Shown here: in pieces, positions 25,373 to 36,554 of the stretch
Position numbering within the stretch: position 1 is the first letter of the stretch
Layout of the letters: each line of letters begins with the position of its first letter
From: Balanoglossus misakiensis
Lineage: Eukaryota > Animalia > Hemichordata
DNA: 64,000 nucleotides
Assembly (NCBI GenBank): GCA_040954595.2
Contig: CM082588.2
Location: forward strand, 8,354,844 to 8,418,843
Direction: 5' to 3'
Notes under the pieces: generated by a model
The model's database searches: none
Told to the model about the DNA's origin: nothing
What the model saw: only the letters and a program-made list of their open reading frames with translations
Translations under genes and position numbers: made by a program

Positions 25373-25707
25373 CTATCTCTGAAAATGGCCTTTTATCCCA
25401 CGTCCCACGTCTGTTTGCAGTTCGTTTTCACACTCCTTCACCAATGAGACTAATGCTGGAAGTTCCATTTTTTGAAACAATTCTATTAGAAGTGTTAAAT
25501 CGTCATTGCTGATATGACCCTTCTCTTGCAAACAGTAAAATATATCTGAGGGAGATTTCAAATCATGTAATTCTCGTTTTGGTATGAAGTCTTCTCTTAA
25601 CAGGCCTCTGAGATCACGCTCATCATCACTTCTGTTTAAACGCTTCTCAAGTTTCATGAACAGGATCTTCAGTGGATTTAATTTTGTTGTTTTAAAACAC
25701 TGTGAGT
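25373..25707 (-). CDS. Death effector domain (DED) terminal exon, copy 3
   Basis: 'LKILFMKLEKRL...DLRGLLREDFIPKRELHDLKSPSDIFYCLQEKGHISNDDLTLLIELF..MEL..LV' follows the DED pattern (IP..L, D.F..L...G.IS..DL..L.ELF). Confidence 0.8.
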
Positions 25708-28700
25708 CTGTAATGATAATGTTAGTGTTAATGTTATATCATACTAAGGTAAACATAATATGCAAATTACAACTTTTTTTCTCAAATCTGATCTAATAGA
25801 CCATTTTGATATTCTGACATATGTAGCTTGTATGATTTTTTTTCCAGAGATTAAATCACATAAAAGTAGGTTTTAAAATTCCATGATTTAAATTAGTTAG
25901 TTTCATCCAAATTTCAGTGACCATTAAAGTTTATCCTCATAGATCTGCATAACTGTGAAACTGTCAAACCACAATTTGGAGTTGATACATATTGCAGTAG
26001 CATAACATCATGATACTTACCTCCATTCGAAGAGCTGCTACCAACTTGCCTCTCCTACATGAGAAAAAGAGACACCCAAGTCATAAATAACAGTGAAAGG
26101 GGAAAAAATGCAATATGTTTCAATTTTATAAAAAAAAATGTGCTTGAAAACTTTGCGGTTCTCATTACAGTGATTCCCCATGTCGGCCAAAACTGGCCAA
26201 TTATACTCAACCAAGTTGTTGAGTATTGAGACTTTCAGTAGTTGCCTAAACACATTCAATTCCAGATAAAATGCAAGACACTGGGTCTCCATGGGCAGGC
26301 AATGTACAGATTGGCACTGATAAAAGCTTAGCAATCATGGGTGAATAAATTGTGACGGGGCTGTGATGTGTGTGTGTGTGTGGGGGTGTGTGCACCAAGT
26401 GATTACAATGCATTACAATCACCTGGGCAATTGGCCACTGTACTAAGCCAACGACAGGAAAATGCACATACTCATGGTCCACATAAGATACATTGAAATG
26501 TGATAAATTGAACCCAAAACCTAAATTGAAAATTTTATGACTTGTAAGAATCAGATTACATGTACATGCTTTCTCTGCACTCACATCATACAGCACGGAC
26601 ATCTGTTTGTGGTACAACAATGTCATTTCAATTATTCACAAGCTAATACGTTTAGGTGGGTTCTTACATTTGGCATTGCGAATAACAGCTCAACAGTTGG
26701 TGGGTCATCATTTTTCTGAAACAGCATACGTCCTTGCAGACCACGACCTCCTGGCCTGGCTTTAACGACAACATCCCAGTGGTTATCACAAAATGGGTAG
26801 TATGGTCTCTTGTTCAGCACTGACTCCAGATCATAATTCCCTTCTGCGGGGACAGTATTTTTGACAACATCTCCGTATTTCAGCTCAATATCAGAACTGT
26901 ATGTTGTTCTTTTATCAGTGTATTGTTTATATTTCTCTTCAGTTTGTAATAAATCTGTAATGGATTCTTGTCCTTTGGCCTCCACCAAGTCACATCTTAA
27001 GACTGTTGCAGTATCCTTGTGCTCAAGAAGAAGAATCTTTACAATCTGATTTCCAGACTTCTTGAAGTCTGTGATGGTTGATAGCATGTAACAAATTCGT
27101 GGCATGACTTCTTTGATGTATCTTCCCAACGAATATCTGAAAACAATTCCAGACACTTTCAAGGAATGAAAATGGTGAAATGCAATTAGATGTTAATCAT
27201 AGATTACGGAAGGGGTGTGTTATATCACCATTACCTGTGGATACAATAACATCCAATCAAAGGAAGATTTCTTCCGTCAGAGCAATATCAACATAACTGC
27301 AGTCATTACATTGCATTTCCAAGACTATGATGGTGTATTTTTACAGAAGAAGACTTCAACCTACCCACTCAGTATCTGAGCGTGAAATTCCACCACATCG
27401 CGTTGTACAGTAAAAGAACAATCCTTGGTAACATCCTTCCAGTCACAATTACCATCTTCATCTTTAAGTATGCACAGTTCTGTATCATCAGATGCTACAC
27501 GTGGGATGTCTGGTGGCAGTGGGATGGTTACTTTTACAGGCTTCTTGAACTTCATTCTTTCCCTCTGGCCTCGATTGATATACACTATGGATGCGAAGGA
27601 CACATCGAGAGATTCTCCACCAGTTGGGAAGACACTATCAACTGTGTTATAGCGACAGTCATGGACCTTCAATACGAACAATAAGCCTCATTGAATGTTG
27701 TCACTATAGCAGTACATACATGGATACCTGGCTGAATTATCTCCTGTCTAAGAGTTTAACTGCTTATGGCTGCAATTTGGCACAATCAATCAATCAATCA
27801 ACTGATGCAGGCCCATGCAGCTCCTTCTTAATCCATTGTCATGTTAATCTCTATGTGGGGTAATACCAGGTATGGGTAAATGTTGGTGGTTGTGGGGATG
27901 ATGATGATATTTACCTCTAATATCATAGCCTTTTCATCTTCTACGGCATCTTCTGGAACAACGATGCTTATCCGTTCGTCTTTTTTTGAGGTAAATTTTC
28001 CACCTTCTTTGCTGATATCAAATGTGTCTTTATAAGGTCTTGAAATTGCGATGTAAAATGAAAAATGGCAGACTTCTACCTTGATATGATTGTCTTCCTG
28101 AATATGAATCAACATTTAATGGTAACACTTTTACTTTTTGTGTGTGGTCAGAATCTTCGTGAACAACTTATTAGCACTCCGAAGATTTAAACCAGAGAAG
28201 CTACACAAACGTGTAAAAGGCTTGGGTCAGCAGGTCTCCGCAGCCTTTTCAACTCTTGTGGAACATAAAAAGTCACACCGCCATTTTGGTCGTTGGACAA
28301 CGGACAAAACATGGCTGGTGTGGTTCCACATCGAGGCTCACGTGGAATTTGAATGTTGGTGTAAATCCTTGTATTAAGGCACATCAACAACAAAGCAAAT
28401 ATACTCCAATTGGACAAAACCAAGGTGGAAAAGTGTTATTTGTTAGAAACAGAAACATTTTCTCAGAGACGGTGTTTTGTTTTGCCAAATGGAAGGTCAG
28501 TAGGCTGCAATGACTGACAATTTACATGTCCATGGATACATACATGCACATACCTATACTAATATATATTTACTGAAATGCAATAATGGTCGAGTTATAC
28601 GTAGTAAAACTTCACTGTGTAGATCTGTGCTGTAGCATACTTACTTTGACAGTTTTCAACTCTTCCCATGTTTCACCAGTTTTGCTTGTCAGGATGATCT

Positions 28701-31700
28701 GTTCTCTCTCAAACGGCTGAACATTTAAACACTTCCTCACAAGGTAGACTGGTTTCTTTAGTGTAATGTGATCTGCCTTAATATCAAGGACATCTGACTG
28801 ATACCATTCAAAGTCTGCAAGAGGGACCTTGGTGACGTTATGGTTACATGTGACCGACAATGTTGTGTCTTCTTCCACACATGCTGGCGGGACCTCGAGT
28901 GAAAATCCACATGGTAATTTGTAGGAACGTCTTTCCTTTAATGGAAAAGGAAAACATTGCATTACAAAACCAGAAATGGGGCTGGAAATCACACCCCCCC
29001 CTCCCCATTGAAGGCTAAAATGTAACTAAATTCTGTCATAAAACTCGAATGCATTTGCAAGCAAAAGCGAAGCTCCAGAGACCAGATCTATTTTATATAA
29101 TATTTCAAGGCCTTAAAAATGAACAGTTTGAATAGAAAAAGCAATGCGTATACGCTAACCTGCCGGGTGCATGCACTGTTGCAAGCTGAAAATAGTACAT
29201 ATCATAGTTTCACAACTTGTAGATGTCCATTGAAAATTGTTTTAACCCATCTAGAATACTGTTTCAATACAATTTATCAACATAATCAGTACGTGTGGTC
29301 TGCATTGCAAACAACCTATTTAGAAAAAATACAAAATTATAAAAATACACCGATTTTAAGTCAATCATCATGCCTACCTCATTAGCAGCAATAAGCTGAA
29401 TCGATCTTTGGTCTTGAATATCCTCTGAAATGCAGATATGTTAGGGTAGTAGTTGTATTTACTAAGATGTGATTACTGTTCATGTTTTAACATAAATCAA
29501 GCTTGAAATTGTAAATTTCTCTGGTTTCAAGTCTCTGAGACTTACATGTTTTTTTACACTCGATATGCAATGACCTTCTACATATTTCTGCACATCATAA
29601 TACCCTATAGACTTTTTTATTATTTGCGAATTGATCTGTTAAAAATGCAGAATAAAACATCCACTTTTTGAAATAAACATTTCTGTAGTAATTACTGAGC
29701 TCAGAATCCCCTCAAAGTATATATTTTCAGAAAGATTAGATATAGGGAAACATTTTGGTTATTTCAGTGTGATCATTATTTTAACAACTATCACAATCAT
29801 AACAAATGGATTAGGCCGGATTAGAATATGTCAATACACAAAAGTGACTGGAATATACATCACATCACATCACATCGCATCATGTCACATCACATCACAT
29901 GTATAGCACAATTATTTCGCAATGAACTTAAATTACTGGCAAGAAAAACAAAGTGAAACGCAATGTTTTTGATTGACTCTGTACTTAATTTTTGCTCATG
30001 GACCCCACCGTATACTGTAATAGAAGAACACTCAGTTCCCAGCCTTCGATGGTCAAGTATATTGTCAGAATTGAAGATATAGGCAACACCAATCTGATTA
30101 AAATCAGATGAGAAGATACAATGTAGGCGCTAGTGATCGTTTTGGTTGTTCTATTCTCACGGATTTGGCTGTTCTGTTCTCTGCGTAACCAGTCTTGGCT
30201 ATTCTCGGGTGTACGCGCCATTCGAACAGAACAGCCAACCCTAGATCTACATACCTTCGATATTTCTAACTACGGGTGGCGCATTTCCATCTTTTAGTTC
30301 GATATTTGTCATTGTTTGTTTGTTTAGAACTTTGGTTTTCACTGCTTGCCAGCATTTCCTTCGGATGCTGACATGTATGGAAATTTAGGTACAGTTACCA
30401 TGGTAAACTTGAGATCTAGCCAATCACAGATTTTCAGTGGGTGGCACACTAAAAAAAAGAGCGCCACCATATATTCTTTAGAACGTTCAAATACACCATT
30501 TCAGCCATATATGGGCGTTTGTAAATTGGAGGTGACTGTATACCTTTATATTCCGTCTTCCTGGATTGTAGCAGTTCTCGAATCACCTTGATTTCGTTAA
30601 AGAGCGAAGTGATGACGGAGAGATAGTTGTCTGTCGAGATTGGTTCCAAAACACGAGCAGCTCTTTCCTTTGAAAAAGATTCCGCTAGAATCTTGTCCGA
30701 CTCTTTGGTGCCAGTGTTCAAGATGTTGACTCCACTTTGATTGATAAGCCTCTTCAGTTCTAATGAAGATAGTAACATGTGATTCAACATTGTTATCAAA
30801 ATGTTATTTATTCTCGATATGCAAATCAATGGGAGAATAGTGCAAACCTCTCTCTAAGATCATAATTCCACATGCAAGCAATTTTCCCAAAACAATTCAT
30901 TTAGAAGAATTTTCAGCAGTAAGCTTACTTAATTTAAAACTATTATGTTGGCAGTTTGTGGACCTATTTCAGTGAGCAAACTATCAGAGATCATTTTTTG
31001 AACGAAAGGTAAATATTCTAAATTTAACTACCAGCTACATGTATGTAGTGAACACAGCTTTGTAAATACATTGGTAATCAAGGAATCCAGGAGTCTTCAT
31101 CGTTAACAAGAGTTCATTCATTTGTAGAATGAACTATTGTTTGGCCAAATTCCCTGCTCTACGATTTTTCTGTTAAAAGGAATGTTTGTGAACACTGACC
31201 TTCTCTATCATATCTGAATGTCTCTCCCTCTGGTAAGGTGATTGAAGACAACTGTTGGCCATCCAAAATCAAACACCGTCTGATTCCAAGGACACCAAGA
31301 ACTTCTGGCCGTTCATCCAACAACGAAGACAGCCGTAGAGGGCGCTGTATTTTTACCAACATTACAACTGGTGTCTGTGTGTCTCCCACATCAACATCTA
31401 TCTCAGCTTCCAAAGTGCCAGAACCACCAAGTAGTTTTGATAAACCGATTCTGTTTTGGCGTGTGGCATAGACAGACCTGTCAGTCTCCACGGCAACAAC
31501 TGCGCTCTTGTCATCTACATTCACAAACGACGCAGAGAAAGTCTCAATAAATGATATGTATTCTCATTAAAGAGAATTTTTCAACAGTATTTTTTCTTCT
31601 GGTTGAATTCTTAAGTGCTAATGAAAAAAATCTTCAAACTCATGGCCTGCCAGCTAGAAACAAAAGCAGTCATACAAACACTCAACAATAATTCTTGCCA

Positions 31701-34700
31701 AATGCTGTCATCCATAAATAGTAATTACCTTGTTTAATCAACATCTCTCCAGGTTCTGTAAACTTTTCTCCACACAAACCACAGACCTCAGAAGATTTCA
31801 CTTCCGGTACATAGCCTATAATAATTAAAGTTACGAAATCGTCATGACATATATCGTTGAACGCATTTGCAATGTTAACATTGATCCATAAGAACGTGGG
31901 CGTACAATTGAAAAGTTTGACAAGGTGTCAGTTAGTGCAAAGCATTCACATGAAATACACATGAAATCACTTGAAATGGGTGTATGAATACAAGAACTTG
32001 AAAGTACACGTATTCTGCTGAAAAACACACACAACAAAGACACGAGTCTGCAATTGAAAATAACCAAATGTTTCAGGTAAACTCCTTTAATTCAAACAAA
32101 TACTCAACGCTTGGCAACATTAACTAAATTCTTAAACTATTAAACTTGCCTTCCTTGAAGTACTTCAATTCTGCCAGACATAGTTGATATCTCCATGTCT
32201 CTATGGTTGTCTTCAGGTTAAAGTCAGACACATTCAGTTTGTAGAGCAATTCGGGTGTGATCATGTCTGCCTTAAACAGATCTCCCAGTATCCCTTGCCT
32301 GTAGTCACGCCATAGTCTCTCCACTGACTTTGATGTCTGGCAAGTCAATACAACATTTTCACTACCCCGCTTGATTTCTTCAATTTGTATGTTTCCAACA
32401 CTGTTGAGATGCTCTGTGACTTTTGGTAAATCGTTTTCAGAGCTGCTGTTGTTGATTATCTCGTTTTCAATGTGTTCAACCTGGTTTGGACTCAAGGTTG
32501 GACTGGATACCTTAAGCTTAACAACGAGTTTGCCTGAAATAACAATATATTGGATCTAAATCAGTCGAACATACACATAGTCACATGTTCAGGTACGGCG
32601 CGACAAGTGTTTCAAAATTATTTATCATTATTTTATAGAAAATTGATGTCTTTTAACAAAAAAATACGTAAAAACACAAAAAACTGATTGGTGGTTTAAA
32701 AAACAACGAGTGTAAAAAGTAATCCATCGTGGAGTCAAAAAAAAAAAAAAAAAAAAAAAAAAAACTAACACACACAGAAGAAAATCTCACCTGTTGTCAA
32801 AAAAACCCCACCAAGCTTACCAAAAAAACCGTCCACAAGGCAGTTGCAAAAAAAATCACTTATTTTTTATTTGTCACAAAAAAACCACGCGCACATTTTT
32901 CACGAAAAACGCACACTTCACCCCCACAAAAAATAAACACACAAAGTATTAAAAAGAACACTCTTTGAAAAAAAAGAGAGACTACAACTTGAAAAAAATG
33001 CACACCCCCAGAACAAACAACACAGGCAAACATAGAAAAAACACGAACATGTTAGCCATAAAAAACGGAGATATTTGTCACCGAAAAAAACCCGCACTCA
33101 TGTCACCCCAAAACTAACTGGCCACTTTACAAAACGCAGATGCACTGAGGTTGCAAAAATAAGCACAGGCAATTTGAAAAAAAAAACGCACAGCAATTTG
33201 CAAAAAAAAAAAAAAAAAAATAGGAACATTTGTCACCCATTTTGCAAATGCTCTGCGTTTTTTTTTCAAAGTGCCTGTTTTTTTGGGTTACAAATGTTCC
33301 TATTTTTTTTTTTTTTTTTGCAAATTGCTGTGCGTTTTTTTTTCAAATTGCCTATGTTTTTTCGGGGGATTAAAAATGTGCTTATTTTTGCAACCTCAGT
33401 GCATCTGCGTTTTTTTAAAGTGGCCCGTTGTTGTTGTTGTTTTTTGACTCCACGATGGATTACTTTTTACACTAGTTGTTTTTTAAACCACAAATCAGTT
33501 TTTTGTGTTTTTTTACGTATTTTTTTGTTAAAAGACATCAATTTTCTATAAAATAATGATAAATAATTTTGAAACACTTGGCGCGCCGTAGTACCACACC
33601 TGAAAAAGTCATCGATTTTGGGTGTTTTTGGACGCACTCTTCCACCGGTATCGCTTCTTAGCACGACGAAAACCGAAAAAACGATCCGTCACACTGTGCG
33701 GAAGTGCGTTCTCAACAAGCAGGTCAAATTTGACTGGCGTACGTGGCCTATGAAAAAAGCCTTAGGGATTTTCGTGAACGGTACAAAATCTCTGTGTACA
33801 AAACATTGGATTTTTAGCGTTCGATCCAGTTACTGTGGTTACAGGACGCGCACGCTATCGCTGACCGCTGCTTTGCCGTATTAGCGTGGCGGCCTATGGC
33901 CGGGCGGTAGCTGCCGTAAACATACTCGGACAGGGGGTGTGCACACAATCGTGTGTATTTTTAACTAGTTACAAGCCCCTTGTCGGACGTTCATAACGGT
34001 TTCGATCAAAATTGAGTGTAGTGTCCTATAAAGGCCCATAGCAACGAGCAAAAAGATCCCGGGGACCCATCTTAAAACAGTCAACAGATCTGGCGTTGCG
34101 AATCACAGGCGGCAGCGAATTCCACAGAGCAGGTGCACAAACAGAGAATGCTCTCTGCCCATATGCCTTATTAAAGTTTCCACGAGGTGGCACCAACCGC
34201 AAAGAGTCAGCTGATCTGAGATCTCTGACAGGGGTGTAACTTTCAAGCAAATCGATTAAATAAAGTGGTGCAAAGCGATGAATGATTTTATAGATAGTTA
34301 ACAAAATTTTGAATTTGATGCGAGCTATGCCTACGCGCAGAACGCAAACTGGTAAACTGGGCGTATGTGTCTCTTCCCATGGGATTACATTTAAAATGGC
34401 TAGAAAACTTAATTTTACTATTGTCATTTTCATGATTTTTTTTCACATAGCTAAGTCAAGTAAAAATAAATTCATTTGTCAAATAAAATCGTATTGTCAC
34501 CGCACTGTTTTGAGATAAATTTATTGCATATTTTTTCCCATAGACAAACTATTTGTGAAAAAATGCTGACTCGGCAATTTTTTTCTATTATCGACTAAAT
34601 TCATGGCTCTGTATTTCAAAAACAAGCACGGTGATCCCTATATTTTATTACAGATTTTCATTATACACACAAAGGAGAATCCAGAAATCCAAAATTAAAA

Positions 34701-36554
34701 GAAAGGACTATACTTTAAATTCTACTGATCGTACATTGGTACCAATTTTAGAGTTGTTTGTAAAAGTCATATCAAGAAATTCATCTGTATAATAAGGACC
34801 AGGAATATGGAGGGGACGTATAGTCAAGTTACCCGGATTTAAGTTGAGAGTTTGTTGATCTTCCTGCATCTGTCCACCGCCGGGATTTTGCTGTCCGACT
34901 CCACCAGTATTCAGATCACTACTTTCGGACCCGTTGTTGCTAGGGACATCTTGGACTTGCTTTTCTGTTTGGCTGCTACCGGAATTCAAGGCTTGTTGTC
35001 CTTTGTAAGGAAATGTTTTCTCTTCTCCTAGTGACAGGTGTGAAATTAGTACTAGAATTTACCATCACCTTTCAATTTAATCTACATAAACACTTCAAGC
35101 GCAAATTGATTTTGGTAAAACCTTTAATAGCTCTTGTGTATTGAAATGCTTTTTATCACTACGCTGCAACAATTAATCTTTGAGTGGCAAAATAAGTCTG
35201 GCAATTTACTGTGTTTCGTTAAAAAGGATCGAATAATGTTTCTATAAAAAATATACATAATCGTCTCCTTTATGTATCACCACTTACCTTTGGAAGGCTC
35301 TTCAGCAGGGTCATCACATTCTGTAGGACAACGTACACTTTTCAAAAGCTTCTTGTGGTGCTCAGCAATAACACCATTCTCAGCAGATATGTGCAGTGCC
35401 GTCTTCAGTTCTTGTGCCGCATTCTTTGCACGGTCATAATCACTTAGGACGCCATTGACAGCACGTGCCCACTTTTCACTTCCGCTCTTCACGTTTTCGT
35501 TTGGTCCCACGTCACAGTAGGGTACACCGAGTAAGGGGAAGTGTTCTTTTGTGAAGTTTGCAAGACCTGATTGCCTTGGCTGTACAGTGGGCACACCAGC
35601 AGCGCAGGATAGAAGACCAATCACACCAAATGGGTCGCCTTTAGTTGTGAAGTTTACCAGGATGTCACACTGCCTCAAGTCTTTCTTTAACTGATTTATT
35701 GGTGTGTCGTTTGGGTATAAATTGACAATTAACTGATCTGACTCAGCCATCGTCTCAAGCTTCTGCTTACAAGTTCTGCTTACAAATTCTGACGCTATAA
35801 ATCCTTTGAACTTCCACTTTGTGTCTCTGGGAATATAACTGTACGCGTAAGCAAGTTTCCCCATGCCTCGAGCTGCTGCTTCGAATTCCTCCAGATCCTG
35901 TAGGTCTGATATTGTGTGCACAGATAAGACTTCAACAGTCTTTAAGTCTCTTTTCTTGAGCGAAATCTCGTCTACATCTTTCTTCATCCAAGGAATGTAC
36001 AGAACATTCTCCACTTGTGAGTCTAGCCTAGCTCGAATCTTCATCTTCAATTCCTCATGTACTGTTGGGCCAACAGATATAATGACAGAGGACGTATTTG
36101 CATATTGCATCATTTCATCTTCTTTAGCAGCCAAGTCTGAAGGATCTAGATTCATGTTTTCCGGTATGTCAGAATAGACAGGAACGAAGTCCGCAGATGG
36201 GAAAACCTTTGCTTGAATACTCTTTGCTGTACTGGCAGTTCCATCCTTACAAGCAGTACCGTATATGGTCGTAATTGGGTGATATTTCTTTAACTGTTGA
36301 AAATAGTGTTCGTGTAAAATTAACCAATCACTTGTCGGCTTCCCCTCTTTGATTGGGAGAATCAGCTCCACTCCATGACGCCTTGCTTCTTCAACTTCTT
36401 TGTCAGAAGCCCGTAACGCCATGAAGTAAACCTGGTTGTTTCCATCAGCAAGATCGATGGCCAATTGTCTCTCAGTAAGACATGTTGCAATATTGCGACT
36501 TCTCGGCCACCATTCCTCTCCGACAACCAACAAACGATTCTTCACCTTTGCCAT
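25373..36554 (-). CDS. Array copy 3: GT4-like - TRADD-N-like - CxxC - X - disrupted coiled coil - ZU5-ZU5-UPA-DED (possibly a pseudogene or rescued by a cryptic donor)
   Basis: Exons 36554-35288, 35027-34833, 32533-32150, 31815-31729, 31514-31200, 30759-(30544?), 29185-29160, 28935-28645, 28097-27915, 27666-27365, 27136-26668, 26054-26021, 25707-25373. The coiled-coil exon is interrupted by about 170 bp of foreign DNA and a 4-bp frameshift. Confidence 0.65.
26668..28935 (-). CDS. ZU5-ZU5-UPA (PIDD/ankyrin/UNC5-like) exons, copy 3
   Basis: ZU5 motifs 'GFSLEVPPACV...SDVLDI...TLKKPV', 'W.EL', 'VCHFS', 'GGKFTS...ISIVVPEDAV', 'FKKPVKVTIPLP...WKDVT', followed by a beta-rich UPA-like exon. Confidence 0.75.
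28178..28445. repeat. About 270-bp templated insertion copied from the array's upstream block (19087-19357 type)
   Basis: cgaagatttaaaccagagaag...ggacaaaaccaaggtggaaaagtgt matches 19087-19357 and 38757-39027. It is absent from the same intron in copy 4 (about 45845). Confidence 0.85.
29855..29900. repeat. (CACAT)n microsatellite; expanded paralog at 47289-47362
   Basis: Direct reading. Confidence 0.9.
32150..32533 (-). CDS. TRADD-N-like domain exon, copy 3
   Basis: 384-nt phase 1-1 exon, paralog of 1738-2121. Confidence 0.7.
32594..33590. mobile_element. About 1-kb foldback/MITE with roughly 140-bp TIRs and an A-rich/T-rich interior
   Basis: TACGGCGCGACAAGTGTTTCAAAATTATTTATC...CGTGGAGTCAAAA is inverted at 33441-33590. 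A second internal inverted pair lies at about 33120-33240 and 33290-33425. Confidence 0.8.
34026..34325 (-). mobile_element. 3' fragment of an L2/Crack-type LINE ORF2
   Basis: 'RIKFKILLTIYK...APLYL.DL...Y.P.R.LRS...GQRAFSVCAP.LWNSLP..IR' is a typical LINE ORF2 C-terminus. Confidence 0.8.
35288..36554 (-). CDS. GT4/GT-B glycosyltransferase-like domain exon, copy 3
   Basis: 1267-nt coding exon. The middle resembles copy 1 and the C-terminal tail resembles copies 2 and 4. Confidence 0.8.

Noticed and set aside
26038-26626. ORFs between UPA and DED as a possible extra death domain
   Set aside because: No death-fold pattern, and the frames are disrupted differently in the paralog (43757-44250). 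A phase-consistent model needs only the 34-nt micro-exon.
32729-33551. Lys-rich and Phe-rich ORFs
   Set aside because: Artefacts of poly-A/poly-T tracts in a foldback element.
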